This document shows, piece by piece, positions 44,366 to 53,078 of a stretch of DNA of 64,000 bases. The DNA is from Alphaproteobacteria bacterium (lineage in GTDB: Bacteria; Pseudomonadota; Alphaproteobacteria; Rickettsiales; SXRF01). The position numbers were made by a program, and so were the translations under genes. The DNA is taken from positions 7,256 through 71,255 of the forward strand of contig JANRJW010000008.1 of assembly GCA_033763775.1 (NCBI GenBank), read 5' to 3'. A model generated the notes under the pieces. It searched no databases. It was not told the origin of the DNA and saw only the letters and a program-made list of their open reading frames with translations. The number at the start of each line of letters is the position of its first letter. The first letter of the stretch is position 1.

Positions 44366-44895
44366 ATTTCTGTCTCCTCAAAGCGCATGGTCTGCCTGTT
44401 TTTGCGAAAATGGCCGGGCGCAAAAAAACGCTGGTGCATCACCACATGCACCCCCGGCTTCAGCTGCTCTATCGTTTCGACAGCGAAACGAAGATTATCA
44501 TAAGCATCACTGGCGCGCCCATTGGCCAGCGGCATCATCGAGCCGGTGAGAATCACGGTTTTACCTGTGCCCTGCATTTGTTTCGCAAGTTCTGCCGCCG
44601 TTTGTGCCATACGATCGGTGCCGTGGGTGACAATGATATGCTGCGCGCGGCGCTGCTTGATAAAGACCGATAGTGCATAAATCTCCACCTCGGTGAAATT
44701 TTTGCTGTCTTTCATCATCCACTGAAAAAAGCGGCAGTCCGGCGCATAGCCAAGCTCCTCCATCGCCATCGGCACCAGGCTATCCTTCAGCACAATCGCA
44801 TTTTTGGGCGGATGCTGAGGATCCGGATAGGCCTCCGCGTCAATCGTGCCGCCGGTCATGATGAAGAGAATATCTTTGGTCATAATTTCTGTCAT
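44362..44895 (-). CDS. Single-domain asparaginase-like protein (N-terminal domain only)
   Basis: MTGGTID, VTHGTDRM and ILTGSMMP correspond to the TGGTI, HGTDT and TGAMRP motifs of L-asparaginase N-domains. At 177 aa it has no C-domain. The ATG at 44895 lies in the GTCAT terminus of a repeat, and an alternative ATG is at 44883. Confidence 0.62.
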   Translation of the reverse strand: MTEIMTKDILFIMTGGTIDAEAYPDPQHPPKNAIVLKDSLVPMAMEELGYAPDCRFFQWMMKDSKNFTEVEIYALSVFIKQRRAQHIIVTHGTDRMAQTAAELAKQMQGTGKTVILTGSMMPLANGRASDAYDNLRFAVETIEQLKPGVHVVMHQRFFAPGHFRKNRQTMRFEETEI

Positions 44896-44964
44896 CTTGA
44901 GCGAGCACAGCGAGTCGAAAGATCTTTTAAAAGCATCAGATCCCTCGGCTACGCTCGGGATGAC
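44891..44964. repeat. Short-form GTCATC...GGGATGAC palindromic element
   Basis: GTCATCTTGAGCGAGCACAGCGAGTCGAAAGATCTTTTAAAAGCATCAGATCCCTCGGCTACGCTCGGGATGAC. Confidence 0.82.
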
Positions 44965-44966
44965 AC

Positions 44967-46142
44967 CTACTCACTTTTAAACGCCTGAAGTCCGGTAATC
45001 GCGCGCCCTAAAATCAGCGCGTGGATATCATGCGTGCCTTCATAGGTGTTCACGCTTTCCAGATTCATCACATGGCGGATGACGTGATACTCATCGGCGA
45101 TGCCGTTGCCGCCATGCATATCACGCGCCACGCGCGCCATTTCCAGCGCTTTACCCGCGGAGTTGCGCTTGATGATCGAGATCATATCGGGGTGCCATCT
45201 GTCCTCGTCAATCAGCCGCCCAACGCGCAGGCAGGCCTGCAGGCCGAGTGCGATCTCCACCAGCATATCGGCCAGTTTTTTCTGGATGAGCTGGTTGGCG
45301 GCGAGCGGTTTTCCGAATTGCTTGCGATCCATCACATAGTTGCGCGCTGCCTCGTAGCAGAACTCCGCCGCGCCCAGCGCCCCCCAGCCAATGCCATAGC
45401 GCGCTTTGTTGAGGCAGGAAAATGGGCCTTTCAGACCTTTCACGTCGGGCAAGATATTATCTAGCGGCACGAACACATCCTGCATCGAGATCATGCCGGT
45501 GATCGACGCGCGAAGCGACATCTTGCCTTCGATTTTCGGCGCGGTGAGGCCTTTCATATTTTTTTCCAGAATAAAGCCGCGAATCTCCCCGTCCAGCTTT
45601 GCCCAGATGATAAAAATATCGGCAATCGGCGAATTGGTAATCCAGTTTTTCGCGCCGTTTAAGATGAAGCCGCCATCCACCTTTTTCGCATTCGTCACCA
45701 TGCTGGAAGGGTCGGAGCCGTGGTCGGGCTCGGTGAGGCCAAAACAGCCGATCAGCTCGCCGGTTGCCAGTTTTGGCAGATATTTATCTTTCTGCGCCTG
45801 CGTGCCAAACGTGTAAATCGGGTGCATGACCAGCGAAGACTGCACCGAAAGCGCCGAGCGATAGCCGGAATCCACCCACTCCACCTCGCGGCAGATCAGC
45901 CCCATCGCCACATGGCTCACACCCGCACAGCCATAGCCTTTAATCGTGGAGCCAAACAGCCCGAGTGCGCCCATCTCGCGCATGATGGCGGGGTCGAAAT
46001 GCTCGTGGCGGCTGGCTTCCAGTACACGCGGCATCAGCTTATCACGCGCATAGCCACGCGCCGTATCGCGCACCATGCGCTCTTCGTCGGTCAGCTGGGA
46101 TTCAAGGTCGAAAGGGTCGAAGGGATTGAGGTTTTTCAGCAT
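44967..46142 (-). CDS. gcdH: Glutaryl-CoA dehydrogenase (acyl-CoA dehydrogenase family)
   Basis: [35 protein letters not shown] and a C-terminal YEGTHDIH. The overall pattern matches GCDH. Confidence 0.82.
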   Translation of the reverse strand: MLKNLNPFDPFDLESQLTDEERMVRDTARGYARDKLMPRVLEASRHEHFDPAIMREMGALGLFGSTIKGYGCAGVSHVAMGLICREVEWVDSGYRSALSVQSSLVMHPIYTFGTQAQKDKYLPKLATGELIGCFGLTEPDHGSDPSSMVTNAKKVDGGFILNGAKNWITNSPIADIFIIWAKLDGEIRGFILEKNMKGLTAPKIEGKMSLRASITGMISMQDVFVPLDNILPDVKGLKGPFSCLNKARYGIGWGALGAAEFCYEAARNYVMDRKQFGKPLAANQLIQKKLADMLVEIALGLQACLRVGRLIDEDRWHPDMISIIKRNSAGKALEMARVARDMHGGNGIADEYHVIRHVMNLESVNTYEGTHDIHALILGRAITGLQAFKSE

Positions 46143-46156
46143 GTCATCTGTTTTAC

Positions 46157-46302
46157 GTCATCCTGAGGATTTTGTCAGCAGACAAAATCCGTGAGGATCC
46201 ATTTTAAAATGTCAGCAGACATTTTAAACGCAAAAAGTCTGCTGACTTTTTGCTATGCTGGATCCCGGAAAATTTTGCTGCTGCAAAATTTTCCGGGATG
46301 AC
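46157..46302. repeat. Long-form GTCATCC...GGGATGAC multi-hairpin element (4 hairpins)
   Basis: GTCATCCTGAGGATTTTGTCagcaGACAAAATCCGTGAGGATCC, TTAAAATGTCagcaGACATTTTAA, GCAAAAAGTCtgctGACTTTTTGC, GGATCCCGGAAAATTTTGCtgctGCAAAATTTTCCGGGATGAC. Confidence 0.9.
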
Positions 46303-46305
46303 GGC

Positions 46306-46542
46306 TCACACTAACAAATTCAAAATCGTACCGCGATCCCACGTCGAACCCTGACGCAGCGCCGCCACAGCGCTACGGATCAGTGTCGCCAGCGACTCTT
46401 CGGCGGGGATGATGTTGAGGCTCGCACGCTTTGGAACTGGAACCGGCGCTTCACGCTCGCTTTGCTGCGATCGGCGCTGGGTGGATGGCTTCACGCCTCC
46501 AGAACTGGCGCCAATGCGGCTTGGATTGATGTTGATAGTCAT
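46306..46542 (-). CDS. Hypothetical small protein (78 aa)
   Basis: ORF with plausible composition but no clear Shine-Dalgarno and no motif. It is flanked by repeat elements on both sides. Confidence 0.4.
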   Translation of the reverse strand: MTININPSRIGASSGGVKPSTQRRSQQSEREAPVPVPKRASLNIIPAEESLATLIRSAVAALRQGSTWDRGTILNLLV

Positions 46543-46549
46543 AAGCTTG

Positions 46550-46619
46550 GTTGCTAGTTGCTAGTTGCTAGTTGTTAGTGGTCAACTATAAACCAGCAAC
46601 CAGCAACTCTCAACCAGCA
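46550..46619. repeat. Ten in-phase heptamers forming an inverted array (GTTGCTA x3, GTTGTTA, GTGGTCA, ACTATAA, ACCAGCA x2, ACTCTCA, ACCAGCA)
   Basis: Read directly. The left arm is nearly the reverse complement of the right arm, with A/G differences that become G-U wobbles only on the minus-strand transcript. Confidence 0.85.
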
Positions 46620-46627
46620 ACTTATTT

Positions 46628-47506
46628 ATGTTTCTCGTCGCCGCTTTTTATCATTTTTTTGATTTTCCGGATTTTCGTGCCCATCAGCAGCCGCTGCTTT
46701 CACTGCTGAAATCGCAGGGCATCAAAGGCTCGATATTAATTGCGGATGAAGGCTTCAACGGCACGATCTCCGGCACCCAGCCGGCCGTGCACGCGGTGCT
46801 CGAGCGCCTCAAACACATCGGCGGTGCGTTTGAGCATAAGGAAAGTTTTTTTGAGAAGCAGCCTTTTGGCAAAGCGAAAGTAAGGCTTAAAAAGGAGCTG
46901 ATTTCGCTTGGTGAAGCCGCTTTCGTTCGTCATCCCCGCTTCGTGCGGGGATCTAAGGCCGCAGAGCTTGATGGCTCAGGATCCCCGCTCAAGGCGGGGG
47001 TGACAGTGGGTGATTATGTTGAACCGAAAGACTGGAACGCGCTGATTAGCGACCCCGATACCATCGTGCTTGATACACGCAATAGTTACGAGACGTATCT
47101 TGGAACATTCGCGCGCGCGATAGACCCAAACACCAGAAACTTCAAAGAGCTACCGGCATTTGTTCGCGAAACACTGCAGGACAAGAAAGATAAAAAAATT
47201 GCCACCTTCTGCACCGGCGGCATTCGCTGCGAAAAATTCACCGCGTGGATGAAAGCCGAAGGTTTTGAAAACGTGTATCACTTAAAAGGCGGCATCCTGA
47301 AATATCTGGAAGAAATTCCAAGAGAAGAAAGTTTGTGGAACGGCGAGTGCTACGTCTTTGATGAGCGCGTGGCGGTCGGCCATGGGCTTGCGCCATCGCA
47401 GACCGCGAGCTCCTGCACCGCCTGCGGCCATACGCTCAAAGAACAAGATCATCGTTCTCCCTTATATAAGGAGAATGAATCATGTCCACATTGCATTGCG
47501 CGCTGA
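46628..47506 (+). CDS. trhO: Rhodanese-domain protein of the YceA/TrhO (UPF0176) family, carrying a ~25-codon repeat insertion
   Basis: AAFYHFFDF, ADEGFNGTISG, DTRNSYE, the rhodanese loop FCTGGIRCEK and C-terminal CxxC motifs. Confidence 0.8.
   Translation: MFLVAAFYHFFDFPDFRAHQQPLLSLLKSQGIKGSILIADEGFNGTISGTQPAVHAVLERLKHIGGAFEHKESFFEKQPFGKAKVRLKKELISLGEAAFVRHPRFVRGSKAAELDGSGSPLKAGVTVGDYVEPKDWNALISDPDTIVLDTRNSYETYLGTFARAIDPNTRNFKELPAFVRETLQDKKDKKIATFCTGGIRCEKFTAWMKAEGFENVYHLKGGILKYLEEIPREESLWNGECYVFDERVAVGHGLAPSQTASSCTACGHTLKEQDHRSPLYKENESCPHCIAR
46929..47004. repeat. GTCATCCCCGC...GCGGGGGTGAC element inside trhO
   Basis: GTCATCCCCGCTTCGTGCGGGGATC ... GGATCCCCGCTCAAGGCGGGGGTGAC has the same two-mini-hairpin layout as 38863-38975. 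It translates as RHPRFVRGSKAAELDGSGSPLKAGV. Confidence 0.82.
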
Positions 47507-47783
47507 CTTCACCGACTTATCCCAAGCCTGTAATTTTTTATTGCTGATTTCTAAAGCACTTGGCGAATTATCCCCAACTTTCACAGGCATTACTATCCCC
47601 AGCACCACAGCATCTAGCGGCGAAAACCATGTCAACCACAATATGTAGTTGCATCGCATTTTTTTCATGGTTATGGTGATAGTCCTTCAAAGCAATCTGG
47701 AATGTGTGCACAACAACGTCAGCAGCTCTCGCTTTGAAGCAAAAAACATATTAAAATCATCGGATATAGGGAGATCCACCACC

Positions 47784-50700
47784 ATGCGTATTGAGCGCCA
47801 CTATCTGAAGCCAAAAGAAAATGCCTACGATGCCATCACCTTCCGTAAAACCGATGTGGTGATGAAAAATCCTGATGGCTCGCTGGTGTTTGAATGCCGC
47901 GGCGTGGAGGTGCCGGAGCATTGGTCGCAGGTGGCTTCTGATGTGCTCGCGCAGAAATATTTTCGCAAAGCAGGCGTGGCCGCCAAGCTCAAAAAGGTGG
48001 AAGAAAATGCCGTGCCAAGCTGGCTGTGGCGCAGCGTGCCGGATGAGGCGGCGCTTGCCAAACTGCCGGAAAAAGAACGTTTCGTGGGCGAAACAAGCTC
48101 CAAGCAGGTGTTTGATCGTCTTGCTGGTGCATGGACATACTGGGGCTGGAAAGGCGGCTATTTTGATACGGAAGCGGATGCCAAAAGCTTCCATGACGAG
48201 CTGCGCTACATGCTGGCAATGCAGATTGCCGCGCCTAATTCGCCACAATGGTTCAACACTGGGCTGCACTGGGCGTATGGTATTGATGGCCCGTCGCAGG
48301 GGCATTTTTATGTCGATCCCGAAACCGGCAAGCTCAGCAAATCAAAAAGCGCCTATGAGCGCCCGCAGCCACACGCCTGCTTCATCCAGAGCATTAAAGA
48401 TGATCTGGTGAATGATGGCGGCATCATGGATCTATGGGAGCGCGAGGCGCGCCTGTTTAAATATGGCTCTGGTACTGGTTCGAACTTCTCCGACCTTCGC
48501 GGCAGCGGCGAATCGCTCTCCGGCGGCGGAAAGTCTTCTGGCCTGATGAGCTTCCTGAAAATTGGCGACCGTGCGGCGGGCGCCATCAAATCCGGCGGCA
48601 CCACTCGCCGCGCCGCCAAAATGGTGGTGGTGGATATTGACCACCCGGATGTGGAAGAATTCATCAATTGGAAAGTGATTGAAGAGCAGAAGGTCGCAGC
48701 ACTCGTCACCGGCTCTAAAATCTGCCGCAGGCACCTCAAGGCCGTGATGGCCGCCTGCCAGCAAGGCAGTGGTGATGGCCGCTTCAGCCCGTCCGATAAC
48801 CCGGCGCTGAAGAAAGCAATGCGCGAAGCGATCAAAGCGCAGGTGCCGGATAATTATGTGCAGCGCGTGGTGCAATTCGCCAAGCAAGGCTATAGCGAGC
48901 TGGAATTTGAAGAATATGATACAGACTGGGATTCCGAGGCATACCGCACGGTGTCCGGCCAGAATTCGAACAACTCGATTCGCGTCACCAATGAATTTTT
49001 AGAAGCGGTGGAGCAGGACAAGCCCTGGCACCTGCTGAACCGCAAGAACGGCGAAGTTGCCAAAGAAATTTCCGCGCGCGATCTGTGGGAGCAGGTCTCC
49101 TACGCGGCGTGGGCATGCGCGGATCCCGGCATCCAGTATGATACCACCATCAATGAATGGCATACCTGCCCGCAGTCAGGCCGCATCCGCGCCTCGAACC
49201 CCTGCTCGGAATACATGTTCCTCGATGATACGGCGTGCAACCTCGCCTCCATCAATCTGCTGAAATTCCGCACGTCAGGCGGCACGTTTGATACCAAGGC
49301 GTATGAACATGCCGTGCGGCTGTGGACGGTGGTGCTGGAAATTTCGGTGGCCATGGCGCAGTTTCCTTCCAAAGAAATTGCACAGCGCTCCTATGAGTTC
49401 CGCACGCTCGGCCTTGGCTATGCGAATATCGGCGGTCTGCTCATGGCCAGCGGTATTGCTTATGATTCCGAGGAAGGCCGCGCACTGACGGGTGCTTTGT
49501 CTGCCATTCTCACCGGCGTTTCTTATGCCACCTCGGCGGAAATGGCCAAGGAACTTGGCGCCTTTGACGGCTATGAAAAAAACAAGCGCGACATGATGCG
49601 TGTGATGAAAAACCATCGCCGCGCCGCGCTTGGCGAGAGCAGTGGTTATGAGGAGCTTTCCATTCTTCCCACCCCGCTGGATACCCAGAACCTGCCGGAT
49701 AAATCGCTGGCAAAATCTGCGAAAAAAGCGTGGGACACTGCCATCATGCTCGGAGAGAAATATGGCTTCCGTAACGCGCAGGCCACCTGCATTGCGCCCA
49801 CCGGCACCATTGGCCTTGTCATGGACTGCGATACCACCGGCATTGAGCCGGACTTCGCGCTGGTGAAGTTTAAAAAACTCGCCGGCGGTGGTTATTTCAA
49901 AATCATCAATCAGCAGGTGCCTGAGGCGCTGAAAACGCTGGGCTACAACGCTAAGCAGATTGCCGATATCACTGATTACGCGGTTGGCCGCGGCACCTTG
50001 AAAGACGCGCCAGGTGTAAACCATGCAGCCTTACGCGCCAAAGGTTTTGGCGACGAGGAGCTGGCGAAAGTTGAAAAAGCGCTCGCCTCAGCGTTTGATA
50101 TCAAGTTTGTGTTTAACCAGTGGACACTCGGTGAGGCTTTCTGCAAACAAAAGCTCGGCTTTACCGATGCGCAGCTGGCAAGCCCCGGCTTTGATATGCT
50201 CGCCGCGCTTGGTTTCCTCAAGGCTGATATTGACGCAGCGAATGACTATTGCTGCGGCACCATGACCGTAGAAGGCGCACCTTCCTTAAAGAAAGAGCAT
50301 CTCGCGGTGTTTGATTGCGCGAACCCCTGCGGTAAAAAAGGAAAGCGCTTCCTTTCCAGCCAAAGCCACATCCTGATGATGGCGGCGGCGCAGCCTTTTA
50401 TCTCCGGCGCGATTTCCAAAACCATCAATATGCCGAATTCGGCCACTGTCGAAGAATGCAAGGAAGCCTATATGATGTCGTGGAAGCTTGGCCTGAAAGC
50501 CAACGCGCTCTACCGCGATGGCTCGAAGCTTTCGCAGCCGCTTTCGAGCTCGCTGGTGAGCGATCTGGGGGCGGATGATGAGGACGATGCTCAGGAAACT
50601 GCCCGCGCCAGCCGCCAGCCGCAGATTGTGGCAGAGCGTATTGTTGAGCGGTTAGTTGAGCGTATCGTTCATGCCTCTGAGCGCCGCAAGCTGCCGGAGC

Positions 50701-51452
50701 GCCGCAAAGGCTACACCCAGAAAGCCTCCGTGGGTGGCCATAAAGTGTACCTGCGCACCGGCGAATATGAAGATGGCAAGCTTGGCGAAATCTTCATCGA
50801 TATGCACAAAGAAGGCGCGGCGTTCCGCTCGCTGATGAACAACTTTGCCATCTCGGTGTCCATCGGTCTGCAATATGGCGTGCCGCTGGAGGAATATGTC
50901 GATGCCTTTACCTTCACCCGCTTTGAGCCGAGCGGCATGGTGGAAGGCAACGAGGCGATCAAGATGTCGACCTCGATTCTCGACTATATTTTCCGTGAGC
51001 TGGCGATTTCCTACCTTGGCCGCCATGATCTGGCGCATGCAGAAATCGGCGAGCTCAGCTCGGATACGATTGGCCGCGGCGAGGGCGATTCGACGCGTGG
51101 CGATAGCGAGCCGGAACTGCCTTTTTTCAATAAAATGACCAGCACCGGCTTTGTGCGCGGCCAGCTGCAGGTGATTACCAGCAGCAAACCCGCCACCTCC
51201 GGCGCCCTCGCACTCGCTGCCACCCAGGAAACCACCGCGCTTCTGAAAAACGACACGCAGGACGGCATGATCGTGCAGGTCGGTGTCTCCGTATCGCAGA
51301 AGGAGCATGATCATCTGCGCGAGAAAATCCGTGAGGCCAAGGCGAAAGGCTATGAGGGTGATTCGTGCCATGAGTGCGGCATGTTCACGCTGGTGAGAAA
51401 CGGCACCTGCATGAAGTGTGACACCTGCGGCGCCACCAGCGGCTGCAGCTAA
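47784..51452 (+). CDS. nrdJ: Vitamin B12-dependent ribonucleotide reductase (class II, long form)
   Basis: [16 protein letters not shown], the active-site [18 protein letters not shown], a C-terminal Cys cluster CHECG...CMKCDTCG. The start is at MRIERHY, after GGGAGA. Confidence 0.95.
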   Translation: MRIERHYLKPKENAYDAITFRKTDVVMKNPDGSLVFECRGVEVPEHWSQVASDVLAQKYFRKAGVAAKLKKVEENAVPSWLWRSVPDEAALAKLPEKERFVGETSSKQVFDRLAGAWTYWGWKGGYFDTEADAKSFHDELRYMLAMQIAAPNSPQWFNTGLHWAYGIDGPSQGHFYVDPETGKLSKSKSAYERPQPHACFIQSIKDDLVNDGGIMDLWEREARLFKYGSGTGSNFSDLRGSGESLSGGGKSSGLMSFLKIGDRAAGAIKSGGTTRRAAKMVVVDIDHPDVEEFINWKVIEEQKVAALVTGSKICRRHLKAVMAACQQGSGDGRFSPSDNPALKKAMREAIKAQVPDNYVQRVVQFAKQGYSELEFEEYDTDWDSEAYRTVSGQNSNNSIRVTNEFLEAVEQDKPWHLLNRKNGEVAKEISARDLWEQVSYAAWACADPGIQYDTTINEWHTCPQSGRIRASNPCSEYMFLDDTACNLASINLLKFRTSGGTFDTKAYEHAVRLWTVVLEISVAMAQFPSKEIAQRSYEFRTLGLGYANIGGLLMASGIAYDSEEGRALTGALSAILTGVSYATSAEMAKELGAFDGYEKNKRDMMRVMKNHRRAALGESSGYEELSILPTPLDTQNLPDKSLAKSAKKAWDTAIMLGEKYGFRNAQATCIAPTGTIGLVMDCDTTGIEPDFALVKFKKLAGGGYFKIINQQVPEALKTLGYNAKQIADITDYAVGRGTLKDAPGVNHAALRAKGFGDEELAKVEKALASAFDIKFVFNQWTLGEAFCKQKLGFTDAQLASPGFDMLAALGFLKADIDAANDYCCGTMTVEGAPSLKKEHLAVFDCANPCGKKGKRFLSSQSHILMMAAAQPFISGAISKTINMPNSATVEECKEAYMMSWKLGLKANALYRDGSKLSQPLSSSLVSDLGADDEDDAQETARASRQPQIVAERIVERLVERIVHASERRKLPERRKGYTQKASVGGHKVYLRTGEYEDGKLGEIFIDMHKEGAAFRSLMNNFAISVSIGLQYGVPLEEYVDAFTFTRFEPSGMVEGNEAIKMSTSILDYIFRELAISYLGRHDLAHAEIGELSSDTIGRGEGDSTRGDSEPELPFFNKMTSTGFVRGQLQVITSSKPATSGALALAATQETTALLKNDTQDGMIVQVGVSVSQKEHDHLREKIREAKAKGYEGDSCHECGMFTLVRNGTCMKCDTCGATSGCS

Positions 51453-51465
51453 ACCTGACGCATAA

Positions 51466-51507
51466 AAACACCCCCGCGGCGCAGCCAGACGGGGGTGTTT
51501 GTTTACC
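51466..51507 (+). terminator. Rho-independent terminator after nrdJ
   Basis: AAACACCCCCG (51466-51476) pairs with CGGGGGTGTTT (51490-51500), followed by GTTT. Confidence 0.75.
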
Positions 51508-51519
51508 AGCCGCTCAGTA

Positions 51520-51972
51520 TTATTTTTTCTTTGGCGCAGTCCCAGGCCTATTTGGCCTTACAGGCTTCGTTCCTGGCTTTATTCTATAATCGCGATACAA
51601 CTTTTCGCGTCTTTCTCTTGCAGCCTCTTCATCAACTATAGGGCTTGTTTCTTTTTTATATTTTTCTTGAAGACGACAAATTAATTTTTTCTCGGTATAC
51701 TCAAAGTCTGTAATACCGAGATCTGGACACCTTTTCATAAGATCATCTCTGGAAGAAAGATATTGAGCTTCAAGTACTTCACATCTTATGATTGATTTAG
51801 AATCATTTTTAATTTCTTCTTCGAGTAGACCTCGATACGTCCACAAAAGATCTCTGTAATCATTACAATCGGGAATAACAACTTGGTTATGCAGCTGAGC
51901 ACTCACAGGAGCGGAGTGGATGAGGGTCGCGGTTGCCAGGAGAGCCGCGAGCATCGTGGTGGTTTTTTTCAT
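51520..51972 (-). CDS. Hypothetical secreted protein (150 aa), AT-rich
   Basis: Signal peptide MKKTTTMLAALLATATLIHSAPVSA. Cys-containing, Lys/Glu-rich mature part and a basic Pro-rich C-terminus. Confidence 0.6.
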   Translation of the reverse strand: MKKTTTMLAALLATATLIHSAPVSAQLHNQVVIPDCNDYRDLLWTYRGLLEEEIKNDSKSIIRCEVLEAQYLSSRDDLMKRCPDLGITDFEYTEKKLICRLQEKYKKETSPIVDEEAARERREKLYRDYRIKPGTKPVRPNRPGTAPKKK

Positions 51973-52175
51973 GGTAAGTCCTTTTTTTGATCGGTTAATT
52001 TCGCGTGGTTTATGGTGGCAGGTGATAGGTCTGTATCTTGTGACATTTTAGCCGAACCATGTGACAAAATGATGACGCTTTGGTGATGATTTGATGACAA
52101 ACTGGCTTGCCGAACCACAGAAGCGGCGCTAGGATTCTTGCGCAACTCTCTGAATCAGAACATAAAAAATAACAT

Positions 52176-53069
52176 ATGAAACAACTCATCGAAACTCACT
52201 TTGGCCTTGCGCTGATGCTTGCCTGCGTGCTGGGGCTGTTGCTGCCCGGCCTGCCGAGTGTTCCCAATCAGCTGGCGGGGCTGGCGCTGGCGGTGCTGAT
52301 GTTTGTTTCATGCTATCGCCTGAGCGATAGCCAGCTGAGCGATATTCGCCCGCGTGAGCTGATGTTATTTTACATCACACGCTACGTGGCGCTGCCGCCG
52401 CTTTTATATGTCCTCACGCTCCAGCTTGCGCCAGATTATGCGCTGGCGGTGCTGTTGCTATCGGTGGTACCGGCAGCCGTTTCCAGCCCGGCTTTTACGG
52501 CCATTTATGGCGGCAAGGTGGCGATTGCTTTTGCCGTGGTGCTGCTCTCGCAGCTGCTATCACCGGTGGTGATTCCGCTGCATTTCATAGCAGTGGGCGC
52601 CGATGGCATCACGCCCTCGGCCGCCCATCTCTTTCATACATTGCTGCTGTGTGTTGTTCTGCCGATGGTCGTGTATGCGCTGGCTCGAAAACATGCCGCG
52701 AGCAGGGAATATTTTTACGCGCAGGGGAAGCTTATCTCCATCCTGCTTATCATGTTTATCATTGCGCTGGCGATCGCCAAGCAGCGCGATGTCATTCTGA
52801 CAAACCCCACTCATCTGCTGCTGCCCTTCGCGCTCGCGATGGGGTGCTATGTGGTGTATTTTCTGGTGGGCTTTGCCTTTGCGCGCCGCGACCGGGCATC
52901 ACAAATCAGCTATGCCACCTGCTCCGGTTTTAACAATGCCGCGCTTGGGGTGAGTCTTGCGCTGATGCATTTTGGCACTGACGTGCTGCTTTTCATCGCG
53001 GCGGCTGAAATCGGGTGGTCATTACTACCCATGCTGATGCGGTTTTGGGTCAAACAGACTGATAGATGA
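52176..53069 (+). CDS. Bile acid:sodium symporter (BASS/SBF-like) family transporter
   Basis: About 9-10 TM segments. Size and the N-terminal pattern LLPGL...LALAVLMFVSCYRL resemble SBF-like transporters. The call is tentative. Confidence 0.5.
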   Translation: MKQLIETHFGLALMLACVLGLLLPGLPSVPNQLAGLALAVLMFVSCYRLSDSQLSDIRPRELMLFYITRYVALPPLLYVLTLQLAPDYALAVLLLSVVPAAVSSPAFTAIYGGKVAIAFAVVLLSQLLSPVVIPLHFIAVGADGITPSAAHLFHTLLLCVVLPMVVYALARKHAASREYFYAQGKLISILLIMFIIALAIAKQRDVILTNPTHLLLPFALAMGCYVVYFLVGFAFARRDRASQISYATCSGFNNAALGVSLALMHFGTDVLLFIAAAEIGWSLLPMLMRFWVKQTDR

Positions 53070-53078
53070 GCATCTTAT

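Noticed and set aside
42187-44895. Patatin, unknown and asparaginase-like genes considered as a candidate anti-phage defence island.
   Set aside because: No nucleotide cyclase, NTPase, nuclease, sensor or mobile-element hallmark accompanies them. Composition matches the surrounding core genome, and the neighbours are ordinary metabolic genes.
47636-47651. Possible NrdR box CCACAATATGTAGTTG upstream of nrdJ.
   Set aside because: It matches only about 11 of 16 positions of the remembered consensus. The half-sites are poorly symmetric, and there is no second box at the usual 31-32 bp spacing. It is kept only as a note within a low-interest finding.
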